NCBI RefSeq assembly: GCF_963921235.1
Contig: NC_086097.1
Span: 250,854,001-250,918,000, forward strand
Direction of reading: 5' to 3'
Length of the DNA stretch: 64,000 nt
Source: Mobula hypostoma
Lineage: Eukaryota
Positions 1-11,720 of this stretch are shown here, in pieces (the stretch's first letter is position 1; each line of letters begins with the position of its first letter). The notes under the pieces were generated by a model that saw nothing but the letters and a program-made list of their open reading frames with translations, made no database searches and was not told the DNA's origin. The translations under genes were made by a program, and so were the position numbers.

Positions 1-574
1 AATTACAAAGACAGTAATTGCACACCAATGGCTATACTTCATTGGGAGTTTGAGGGGATTTGGGATGTCATCAAAGACTCTAGCACATTTCCACAGATGT
101 ACCTAAGAGGTATTCTAACTGTCTGGTATGGAGGGGGGCACTGCACAGGATCAGAAAAATTTGCAGAAAATTGTAAACTCAGCTGGCACCATCATGGGCA
201 CTAGCCTCCCCTGCAGTGAGGGACACCTTCAAAATTCAGTGCCTCAAGGTGGCATCCATCATTAAGGACCCCCATCACCCAGGACCATTGTTCCCTTCAG
301 GGAGAAGGTGCAGGAGCCAGAAGACACAAACTCCATGACTCAGGAACAGCTTCTTCCCCTCCGCATCAGATTGATGAATGGACAATGAACCCATGAACAC
401 TACCTCACTATTCCTCTTTCCCACCATTTAGATTTTGTGTATTGTAATGTGTTGCTGCCACAAAACAACACGTTTCCGAACACAGGACACCGATAACAAA
501 CCTGAGTCTGAGTCTGATTCTGAACCAAAGGCCTGATGTAGGCTCTGAGTAGTTGGGAGGCAAGTTGGACGACG

Positions 575-810
575 TAATCACAACGCTTTACAGTATCAGG
601 GGCAGGTTCAAATCCCACCGCTGCCTGTAAAGAGTTTATACGTTCTCCCGTGTGGGTGTCCTTCTACCGTCCAAAGACCGACTGGTTAGGTTCATTGGCC
701 ATTGGAAGTTGTCCCGTGATTAGGCTCGGGTTAAACCTGGGGTTGCTGGGCGGCACCGTTCGAAAGGCCGGAAGGGTCTGTACCCCACCTTATCTCAATA
801 AATAAATAAA
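575..810 (+). repeat. tRNA-derived V-SINE (HE1/Ray1-like); copies at about 15616-15900 (-), 23955-24150, 24770-25075, 25745-26010, 42945-43220, 45308-45573, 58200-58400
   Basis: B-box GGTTCAAATCC, central gtttgtacgttctccccgtg...gggtttcctc domain, (AATA)n tail. Confidence 0.8.
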
Positions 811-862
811 CTTGCAAGAAAAGTTCCTATAATCAGAGGAATTAAAACGTTAATTTCCTTAC

Positions 863-1184
863 CCCCTGACGTGTCGCAGTTCTCCAGATTAGGCTGCAAC
901 CCGGCAAATATGCTGGTCAATGTGGACTTGCCGACTCCCGCTTCGCCGATGAGGACCACTCTGTACAGACTGTTGCTGGAATCGATGGAGAGGGCGGAGT
1001 CCGAAGAGACGGAGGACCAGCTCCCCCCGTAAGGTTCAGTCGGACTGAGGCAGGACCTGGAGCGCACCATGTACGCGCTCTCTCTCCACAGCGGCCGGCC
1101 GTCCGCAGGAATACTCCAGCGCTGGTGGGCGGGTGCAGGCCTCAGGGGCAGGCTACCCCGCCGTCTGGCGTGGTTCAGTGTCAT
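863..1184 (-). CDS. GEM: GTP-binding protein GEM (RGK family), first coding exon; gene continues beyond the window start
   Basis: MTLN start, RWSIPADGR motif, SWSSVSSDS serine tract, YRVVLIGEAGVGKSTL P-loop. Acceptor ttgttcgcag gives exon start at 1196, ATG at 1184, phase-1 donor G|GTAAGG after 863. Lies downstream of RAD54B on the same strand, as recalled for human. Confidence 0.9.
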
Positions 1185-2893
1185 GATTTCCCAACCCTGC
1201 GAACAAATGGAATCCCCCTGTTAAACGGTTCAAAGTAAATTTATTATCAAACTGTGTATATGTCACCATACACAAACTTGAAATTCATTTTCCTGCAAGC
1301 ATCTACAATAAAACAAAGATATACGATAGAATTTACGAAAAGCTATATGTAGGATTTTTTCTCTTTGGAGAGAAGGAGGATGAGAGGTGACTTGATAGAG
1401 GTGTACAAGATGATAGACAGAGTGGACAGGCGGGGACTTTTTCCCAGGTTGGAAATGGTTAACACGAGGGGGCATCATTTTAAAGTGATTGGAGGAATGT
1501 TTAGGGGGATGTCAGAGGTAAGCTCTTTACTCAGAGAGTGGTGGGTGTGTGGAACACCCTGCCGGGGGTGGTGGTAGAGGCAGGTATATCAGGGACGTTT
1601 CAGAAACACTTAGATAGGCGTATGGATGTTATGTCGGAAGGAAGAGTTAAATTGATCTTAGAGTAGGTCAGATGGTAGGCACAAGATGGTGGGCCGAAGG
1701 GCTTTTATGTTCTATGTTCTAAAGATTGGCAAACAACCAAGGTGCAAAAGAAAACAAGTTGAGCAAATAAATAAATAAATACCACACAACACGAGTTGTA
1801 TAGTTCTGAAAGTGAGTGTTAGAACAGCGCAGCTGGCGGTGTAGATTGGAGCGAACAAGTCAGAAACGGCTCGGATAACCGAAACCTGGCTCATCAGTAA
1901 CAAACAGAACGCAGATGGAACTGTTTTCCGATCTGCGTCACGACTCCAAGAAGAACATTCTCAGCCGCTGCAAGTTTTACCAAACTTTTTCAACTCTTTC
2001 GTTAAATGTTTCAGTGAAGCAATTCGGGGGGTCCGAAAGGCTCTTGGCAAATGCGCCCTCGAATAAAACATTTGAGGATGGAACTGTAAGAAGCTCTTTC
2101 CTCACTTTGCAAACCAACCGACTCCTTCACAATAATAATATTGTAAAAGCACAAACTCATCTGTAATTTTTGTGCCTTGTCTATTAAGATTCAGGTTGTT
2201 TAATGTCATTTCCAGTACACAAGTGTAAAGGAGAACAAAATAATTGTTATTCCATATTCGATGCAGCACAAAACAAAACGCGTACACAATAAGATAAAGA
2301 AAACAATGATAAAACTCAATAAATATATAAGATCGCTTATATACATAGATTGACTGTATGCCTATACCGCACAGGAATGTTTGTACATAAGGTGACTGCG
2401 ACAGAAACTGAAATGCTGGGGGCGGGGTTCAAAGTAAATTTACTAACCATACATATATGCTACCATATACTACCTTAAGATTAATTTTTTGCGAGCATTC
2501 ATAGGAAAATACGATTTATAGAATTTATACGCTGAAAAACAACCTATTAAACGATAAACACAAGCGATTCTACAGACGCTGGAAATCCAGAACAACACAC
2601 ACAAAATGCTGGAGGAACTCAGCAGATCGGGCAGCGTCTATGGAGAGGAATAAACGGTCGATCTTTGGCGCTGAAACTCCTGATGATGCTTATATATTTC
2701 CATGGATGCTACCTGACCTGCTGGTTTCCTCCAGTATTTTGTGTGTGTTACTCTGGATTTCCAGCATCTGCAGAATCTCGAGTGTTTGTGATTATTTTAC
2801 GGCGCGAAGTGGTTTCACAATTCCCGCTGCTTAAATCCCACGATGTTTTCTACTCAGTGCGCCGAGGAACCGTTTGTCGCTGAAGGATCTTAC

Positions 2894-3005
2894 CCCGCCA
2901 CCTTCTCCCGTGCACTCCGGCGTTCTGGTTTATTTCGATCTGAGGCTGCCTGGGTTTTCTGATTTATGCCTAATCCTCAATGGGATTGCTGTCGCTCCGG
3001 TTCTA
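2894..3005 (-). other. GEM: Probable non-coding first exon (5' UTR) of GEM
   Basis: Non-repetitive CpG-containing stretch ending in donor G|GTAAG (GT at 2893-2892), about 25-30 nt downstream of a TATA box. TSS position is inferred. Confidence 0.55.
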
Positions 3006-3028
3006 ATTCGCTCTGATCTCTCCCCTGC

Positions 3029-3146
3029 TTTATATTAAGCAGATCTGACCAGAACAGAGCTTTTCCGTGATGTCACCGAACTAAAAACTCCCCTGACAGC
3101 TTCGATCACAAATCTCCTCTGTACTCCCCCTCCTCCTCCCCTCCGC
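3029..3146 (-). promoter_or_regulatory. Putative GEM core promoter: TATA box, CRE-like site, G-rich box
   Basis: Minus strand: TATAAA at 3034-3029, TGACATCA at 3075-3068, G-rich GCGGAGGGGAGGAGGAGGGGG at about 3146-3126. Confidence 0.55.
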
Positions 3147-3984
3147 TATTCCACTCCAACGTCCGAAATTGAACTCGGGAAAGTTTAAAGTTTCTGTCAC
3201 TGTACAGGGCAGTAAGGGTGGTCAACACCTGCACCCACTCACCCAGCTCTGCGCACCCCCAACCACCAGTACTCCATCACTTCCCGTCAGTCTCCCAATG
3301 TACAGGCATCACTTTATGGACATACAATCTTTGTGTATAAGCTATCTCATGCAGTTGTGTTTACCTATTGTGTGTTTTTTATTATTGTGTTCTTTATCTT
3401 ATTGTGATTTTCGTGCTGCCGCGGGTCCGGAGTACCACTTGTTTCATTCTCCTTTACGGTTGTGTACAGGAAATGACATTAAATAATCTTGAATAACGGT
3501 GCAAGTGGCTCGAGAACTATCCTCGACGAAACATATATCGACCATTACAGCACAGCAAGGCCCTTCGGCCCATAATGTTATGCCGACCTCTTTTAACCTA
3601 CTCTAAGATCAACCCCTCCTACATAAACCTTAATTTTTCCACCAACCATGTCCATGTTTCTGAAATGTTCCTAATGTATCTGCGTTCACCACCGTCCCTT
3701 GCAGGGACTCACCACTCTGTGATTAAAAAAAAACTAATTCTGACATCCCCCACCCCCGTACTTTCCCCCAATCACCTAAAAATTTTATGTTAATGGCTAA
3801 AAATTAGCCATTTCATAAAAGTTCAAAGTAAATTTATTATCAAAGTCACCATAGACAACCCTGAGAGTCATTTTCTTGTGAGCATTCATAGAAAATACAA
3901 AGAAATGCGATAGATTCAATGAAAGACCGCACTCAGCAAGACAGACGAACAACCAATGTACAAAAGCCATAGAAATATATTTAT

Positions 3985-4270
3985 AGGCATCCGTTAGTGT
4001 CATGAGACCATGGATTTTTGCCTTGGAAGGTTTCCAGGGCACAGGTCTGGGCAAGGTTGTATGGAAGACCAGCAGTTGCCCATGCTGCAAGTCTCCCCTC
4101 TCCACGACAGCGAGGGAAGGGCACTAGGGCTGATACAGTTAGGCACCGGTGTTGTCGCAGAGCAATGTGTGATTAAGTGCCTTGCTCAAGGACACAACAC
4201 GCTGAGGCTCGAACTAGCGACCTTCAGGTCACTAGACCGACGCCTTAACCACTTGGCCAAGCGCCAACAC
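3985..4270 (-). repeat. tRNA-derived SINE of a different family
   Basis: A-box tggccaagtgg, B-box gttcgagcc, followed by gtgtccttgagcaaggcacttaa. Confidence 0.7.
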
Positions 4271-5544
4271 CATAGAAACATAGAAAACCTACAACACAAT
4301 ACAGGCCCTTCGGCCCACAATGCTGTGCCGAACATGTACTTACTTAGAAGTTGCCTAGTGTTACCCATAGCCCTCTATTTTTCTAAGCTCCGTGTACCTA
4401 TCCAGGAGTCTCTTAAAAGACCCTATCGTATCCGCCTTCACCACAATCACCGGCAGCCCATTCCACGCACTCACCACCCTCTGCAAACCTTACCCCTGAC
4501 ATCTCCTCTGTACCTACCTCCGAGCACCTTAAAACTGTGCCCTCAGACAACGAACTGTGTAAATACAAAGATTTTAAAAACTAGTACTATTAATAATAAT
4601 AATAAATGAGCAATAAATATCGAGAACACGAAATGAGGAGTCCTTGAAAGTGAGTCCATAGGTTGTGGGAATGGTTCAGTGATGGGGCAAGTGTGATTAA
4701 GTGAGGTTGTATGAAGTTATCTCCTCTTTCCGCCCAGGGGAAAAAGTCTCGGCTGTGGATACCTTACGTCCTAATTTATTCTCGAGTTTAGGCAATTCCA
4801 CTGAGAGCCAGAGGTTGGAGAGCAGATTGAACGCAGATTTTCAAGAACCTTAACCCAGAGCATGCCGCAGTTCTCCACTGAATCCGCTCTGCTGCGATTT
4901 CTTTGCGGGCTTGTCCCAAGTTCTCGTTCAGTCCCGGGAGTAAGCTTTCTGTACCTACCCCGCCGCCCTGTTGCACCTTGGCCGAGAAGCTTTTCTCTAT
5001 TCTATAACTACCGTCCTCCTGAAATAAAAACAACCAACCCGCACCACCCTCTCCTGCGAGGTATCAGAACGGTCGCCCCACGGAATGACATGGAAGGTGA
5101 CAGGCAAGAGCTGACAGTGACAAGTTCTGACGCAGAACGTTTCTCTGGCGATAATGGTGTTTGAGACGTTCATTTCTGAACCAATTATTCAGAACGGATA
5201 GCTCAACGTTATAAATAAGCATGCTGAGAATCGCCAGGGCCCCGAGGCATCCCGTTAACAGCTAGATTCTAAGAAGAAACATTTTTTTTTCTGAGCGGAA
5301 CTAAAGATCCACCACACAATGTTTAGGATCAGCTTAAACACAGGAGTTTAATGAAATGCTGGAAATCCAGACCAACACAGACAAAATGCTGGAGGAACTC
5401 GGCAGGTCAGGCAGTAGATATTTAGGGCGGAGACCCTTTATTAAGGAGCGGCTTCTCGCCCGCTGCCATCAGATTTCTGAATGGACAAAGAACGCTGTTT
5501 TTTCACTTTTTTGGCTCACTTTGCGCTACTTTAATTACATATAA

Positions 5545-6270
5545 TTACAGGACTACAGGAGGAATGGAGACAGGCTAACTCCTATTGACATCAATGGATC
5601 TGGGGTTGAGAGGGTGAACAGCTTTAAGTTCCTCGGCATAAACATCACTGAGGATCACACGTGGTCTGTACACACCGGCTGTGTGGTGAAAAAGGCACAA
5701 CAGCGTCTTTCACCTCTGACAGTTGAAGACATTTGGTTTTTGCCCCAAATCTTAAGAACTTTCTACAGGGGCATGATTGAGAGCATCCTGACTGGCTGCA
5801 TCACTGCCTGGTATGGGAACTGTACCTCCCTTAATCGCAGGACTCTGCAGAGAGTGGTGCGGACAGCCCAGCGCATCTGTAGATGTGAACTTCCCACGAT
5901 TCAGGACACTTACAAAGACAGGTGCGTAAAAAGGGCCTGAAGGATCATTGGGGACCCGAGTCACCCCAACCACAAACTGTTCCAGCTGCTACCATCCGGG
6001 AAACGGTACCGCAGCATAAAAGCCAGGACCAACAGGCTCCGGGACAGCTTCTTCCACCAGGCCAGCTTCTTCCACCAGGCCATCAGACTGATTAATTTAC
6101 GCTGATACAATTGTATTTCTATGCTATACTGACTGTTTTGGTATCAACACTATTTATTCTAAATTACTATGAATTACATTGCATTACATTACATTGCACA
6201 TTTAGACGGACACGTAATGTAAAGATTTTTGCTCCTCATATATATGAAAGATTTAAGAAATAAAGTCAAT
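5545..6270 (+). mobile_element. Rex1/Babar-like LINE 3' fragment
   Basis: FKFLGINITED..W..H...VVKKAQQRL...FYRGMIESILTGCITAWYGN. Related pieces at about 60-400, 26490-26680, 26950-27380, 35040-35225, 61950-62155, 62850-63000. Confidence 0.8.
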
Positions 6271-8428
6271 ATATACATTTTTAGTTTATATTTTGCTTTT
6301 GGTCTTTCATTGATTCTGTAGATTAATTGCATATGCCGGCAAGGAAATCAATCTTAGGGTTGTATGCGGTGATGTATGTGTACTGAGATAATACCATAAG
6401 GCAGACATAGGAGCAGAATTAGGCCATTTGGCCCATCGAGCCCTTTCTCCCCTCCTCAGTCCCACTCCCTTTAACCTTTGATGCCGTGTCCAATCAACAA
6501 CAGATCAAGCTCTGCCTTAAATACACCCAACGACCTGGCCTCCACAACTGCCTGTGGTAACAAGTTCCACAAATTCACCACCCTCTGGCGAAAGTAATTT
6601 CTCCGCATCTCTGTTTAAAATGGACGCCCCTCTATCCTGAGGCTGTGCCCTCTTGTCTGAAACTCTCCCACCATGGGAAACATCCTTTCCACATTTACCA
6701 TGTCTAGGCTTTTCAACACATGAAAGGTTTCAAAGAGATGACCCCCACCCCCCACCCCATCCTTCTAAATTCCAGCCAGTACAGATCCAGAGCTATCAAA
6801 CATTCCTCATAGATTATCCTTTCATTCCCGGAATCATCCTTGTGAAACTCCTCTGAACACTCTCCAAAGCCAGAACTGTTCACAATACATAAGGTGAGGC
6901 CTCACCAGTGCCTTACAAAGCCTCAGCATCCATACCCTTGTATACAGTACGAGACCTCTTGAAATGAATGCTAACATGGCATTTGCCTTCCTCACCACCA
7001 ACTCAACCAGCAAGTTAACCCTCAGGGTGTTCTGCACAAGGACTCCCATGTCCCTTTGCATCTCAAATTTGTGCATTTTTTCCCCATTTAGAAAATAGTC
7101 TGCACATTTATTTCTACTACCAAAGTGCATGATCATGCATTTTCCAACATTGTATTTCACTGGCCACTCTCTTACCCACTCTCCTAATCTGTCTAAGTCC
7201 TTCTGCAGCCTACCTGTTTCCTCAATGCTACCTGCCCCTCCACCAATCTTCGTATCATCTGCAAACTTGATAACATCTAGAAACAGAGAAAAATAGAAAA
7301 CCTACAGCACAGTACAGGCCATTCTGCCCACAAAGCTGTGCTGAACCTTAGAACTACCAAGGGTTACCCATAGCCCTCTATTTTTCTAAGCTCCATGTAC
7401 CTATTCAGGAGTTTCTTAAAAGACCCTATTGTATCCACCTCCACCGCCATCGCCAGCAGCCCATTCCACACACTCACCACCCTCTGTGTAAAGAACTTAC
7501 TGCTGACATCTCCTCTGTACCTACTGACAAGCACCTTAAAACTATGCCCTCTCGTGCAAGCCATTTCAGCCCTGGGAAAAAGCCTCTGACTATCCACACG
7601 ATCAATGCCTCTTATCATCTTATACACCTCTATCAGGTCACCTCTCATCCTCCGTCGCTCCAAGGAGAAAATGGCGAGTTCACTCAACCTATTCTTATAA
7701 GGCATGCTCCCCAATCCAGGCAACATCCTTCTAAATCTCCTCTCCACCCTTTCAATGGTTTCCATGTCCTTTCTGTAGTGAGGCGACCAGAACTGAGCAC
7801 AGTACTCCAAGTGGGGTCTGACCAAGGTCCTATATGGCTGCAACATTACCTCTCAGCTCCTAAACTCAACCCCACGACTGATGAAGGCCAATGTACCGTA
7901 TGCCTTCTTAACCACAGAGTCAACCAGTGCAGCAGCTTTGAGTGTCCTACGGACTCGGACCCCAAAATCCCTCTGATCTTCCGCACTGCTAAGAGTCTTG
8001 CCATTAATACTATATTCTGTCATCATGTTTGACCTACCAAAATGAACCACCTCACACTTATCTGGGTTGAACTCCATCTGCCACTTCTCAGCCCAGTTTT
8101 GCATCCTATCAATGTCCTGCTGTAACCTCTGACAGCCCTCCACACTATCCACAACACCCCCCAGCCTTTGTGTCATCAGCAAATTTACTAACCCATCCCT
8201 CCACTTCCTCATCCAGGTCATTTATAAAAATCACAAAGAGTAGGAGTCCCAGTACTACCTTCTGTCTTCTGTGGGCAAGCCAGTTCTGGATCCACAAAGC
8301 AATGTCCCCTTGGATCCCATGCCTCCTTACTTTCTCAATAAGCCTTGCATGGGATAACTTATCAAATGCCTTGCTAAAATTCATATAAACTACATCTACG
8401 ACTCTACCTTCAGCAATGTGTTTAGTCA

Positions 8429-8904
8429 ATGTATTGTCAGCTCACTTGGCTGAGTGCTACTGGTACCATGTAACCCAGTACTACCTGTCGCATGGTCGGG
8501 TGGTCGGCGACTAAACCGGCTCCCCCACCAGGCTTGCCTGGTGAGGAGGGTGGCTAGACACCCTGCAGGATGAAAAACAAGACCTGGCAAAGGGCGGATG
8601 AACCCTCTCGTAGGGTCAATGGCCATCTAGCAAACACGTGCTGCGGAGCACGGAAAGGGCATCCCTTGCATCGAAGCTTGGTCTGGCCATTCACTGCAAC
8701 AGAACTTCCCCCAGCTGTCTTGGACCCCACCATGCCACTGGATCTGGGAGGGGATGTCGAGAGGGTGGGTCTGGACGTGTGCAACCCCCTACCCACCTAA
8801 AATCCACTCATGCACACACTGTTCCTTTCTGAGGAGTGGGGTAGTTATCCCACTAACTGACTGAAAGGAACCATCACCGTCCTATGGGATGGTTAGCCAG
8901 AGAG
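8429..8904 (+). mobile_element. Non-coding RTE-type insertion related to the element at 39897-40455
   Basis: Flanking duplication TAGTCA at 8423-8428 and 8905-8910; shares tgccactggatc...tgcaac...taaatcca blocks with the 40 kb insert. Confidence 0.65.
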
Positions 8905-9794
8905 TAGTCACATCCTCAAAAAATTCAGTCAGGCTCATAAGGCACGACCTGCCTTTAACAAAGCCATGCCGACTATTCCTGATCTTATTATGCCTTTCCA
9001 AATGTTCATAAATCCTGCCTCCCAGGATCTTTTCCATCAGCTTAACAACTACTGAAGTAAGGCTCACTGGTCTATAATTTCCTGGGCTATCCCTACTCCC
9101 TTTCTTGAATAAGGGAACAACATCCACAACCCTCCAATCCTCCAGAACCTCTCCTGTCCCCATTGATGATGCAAAGATCATCGCCAGAGGCTCAGCAATC
9201 TCCTCCCCTGCCTCCCACAGTAGCCTGAGGTACATCTCGTCTGGTCCTGGTGACTTATCCAACTTGATGCTTTCCAAAAGCTCCAGTACATCCTCTTTCT
9301 TAATATCTACATGTTCAAGCTTTTCAGTCCACTTCAAGTCATCCCTACAATCGCCAAAATCCTTTTCCATAGTGAATACTGAAGCTAAGTATTCATTAAG
9401 TACCTCCTCTATCTCCTCTGGTCCCATACACACTTTTCCACTGTCACACTTGATTGGTCCTATTCTTTCACGTCTTATCCTCTTGCTCTTCACATACTTG
9501 TAGAATGCTTTTGGGTTTTTCTTAATCCTGCTCGCCAAGGCCTTCTCATGGCCCCTTCTGGCTCTCCTATTTTCATTCTTAGCTAGCCTTATGATCTTCT
9601 AGATCTCTATCATTACCTAGTTTTTTTAACCTTTCATAAGCTTTTCTTTTCTTCTTGAATAAATTTACAACAGCCTTTGTACACCACAGTTCCTGTGTGC
9701 TACCATCCTTTCCCTGTCTCATTGGAACGTACCTATGCAGAACTCCACGCAAATATCCCCTGAACATTTGCCACATTTCTTCCATACATTTCCA

Positions 9795-11720
9795 TACATA
9801 GGAAGCAGGGAGTAAATAAGGTGCTTGAGGAGTATAAGAAGTGCAAGAAAATACTTAAGAAAGAAATCAGGAGGGCTAAAAGAAGACACGAGGTTGCCTT
9901 GGCAGTCAAAGTGAAGGATAATCCAAAGAGCTTTTACAGGTATATTAAGAGCAAAAGGATTGTAAGGGATAAAATTGGTCCTCTTGAAGATCAGAGTGGT
10001 CGGCTATGTGCGGAACCAAAGGAAATGGGGGAGATCTTAAATAGGTTTTTTGCGTCTGTATTTACTAAGGAAACTGGCATGAAGTCTAAGGAATTAAGGG
10101 AAACAAGTAGTGAGATCATGGAAACTGTACAGATCGAAAAGGAGGGGGTCCTTGCTGTCTTGAGGAAAAGTAAAGCAGATAAATCCCCGGGACCTGACAG
10201 GGTGTTCCCTCGGACCTTGAGGGAGACTAGTGCTGAAATTGCGGGGGCCCTGGCAGAAATATTTAAAATGTCGCTGTCTACAGGTGAGGTGCCGGAGGAT
10301 TGGAGAGTGGCTCATGTTGTTCCGTTGTTTAAAAAAGGATCAAAAAGTAATCCGGGAAATTGTAGGCCAGTAAGTTTAACGTCGGTAGTGGGTAAGTTAT
10401 TGGAGAGAGTACTAAGAGACAGAATCTACAAGCATTTGGATAGACAGGGGCTTATTAGGGAGAGTTAACATGGCTTTGTGCGTGGTAGGTCATGTTTGAC
10501 CAATCTATTGGAGTTTTTCGAGGAGGTTACCAGGAAAGTGGATGAAGGGAAGGCAGTGGATATTGTCTACATGGACTTCAGTAAGGCCTTTGACAAGGTC
10601 CCGCATGGGAGGTTAGTTAGGAAAATTCAGTCGCTAGGTATGCATGGAGAGGTGGTAAATTGGATTAGACATTGGCTCGATGGAAAAAGCCAAAGAGTGG
10701 TAGTAGAGAATTGCTTCTCCGAGTGGAGGCCTGTGACTAGTGGTGTGCCACAGGGATCAGTGCTGGGTCCGTTGTTATTTGTCATCTCTATCAATGATCT
10801 GGATGATAATGTGGTAAATTGGATCAGCAAATTTGCTGATGATACAAAGATTGGAGGTGTAGTAGACAGTGAGGAAGGTTTTCAGAGCCTGCAGAGGGAT
10901 TTGGACCAGCTGGAAAAATGGGCTGAAAAATGGCAGATGGAGTGATATTGCATGTTGGAAGGACAAACCAAGGTAGAACATACAGGGTTAATGGTAAGGC
11001 ACTGAGGAGTGCAGTGGAACAGAGGGATCTGGGAATACAGATACAAAATTCCCTAAAAATGGTGTCACAGATAGATAGGGTCGTAAAGAGAGCTTTTGGT
11101 ACATTGGCCTTTATTAATCAAAGTATTGAGTTTAAGAGCTGGAATGTTATGATGAGGTTGTATAAGGCCGAATCTGGAGTATTGTGTTCAGTTTTGGTCA
11201 CCAAATTACAGGAAGGATATAAATAAGGTTGAAAGAGTGCAGAGAAGGTTTACAAGGATGTTGCCGGGACTTGAGAAACTCAGTTACAGAGAAAGATTGA
11301 ATAAGTTAGGACTTTATTCCCTGGATCGTAGAAGAATGAGGGGAGATTTGATAGAGGTATATAAAATTATGATGGGTATAAATAGAGTGAATGCAAGCAG
11401 GCTTTTTCCACTGAGGCAAGGGGAGAAAAAAACCAGAGGACATGGGTTAAGGGTGAGGGGGGAAAAGTTTAAAGGGAACATTAGGGGGGGCTTCTTCACA
11501 CAGAGAGTGGTGGGAGTATGGAATGAGCTGCCAGACGAGGTGGTAAATGCGGGTTCTTTTTTAACATTTAAAAATAAATTGAACAGATACATGGATGGGA
11601 GGTGTATGGAGGGATATGGTCCGTGTGCAGGTCAGTGAGACTAGGCCGAAAATGGTTCTGCACAGCCAAGAAGGGCCAAAAGGCCTGTTTCTGTGCTGTA
11701 GTTTTCTATGGTTCAATGGT
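9795..11720 (+). mobile_element. 5'-truncated CR1 ORF2 inserted antisense into another CR1
   Basis: RT motifs [28 protein letters not shown]; few stops; 3' tail ttctatggttcaatggttct. Confidence 0.92.

Noticed and set aside
795..862. C-terminal hydrophobic tail of the 129-aa ORF (INVLIPLIIGTFLASLFIY) as a membrane anchor
   Set aside because: It is intron read-through beyond the GTAAGG donor at 862.
4200..4270. tRNA gene (also at about 35350-35420)
   Set aside because: A and B boxes are present but I could not fold a complete cloverleaf, and the sequence continues into a SINE body.
4010..4609. 199-aa ORF
   Set aside because: Chimeric read-through of an antisense SINE and an antisense CR1 tail.
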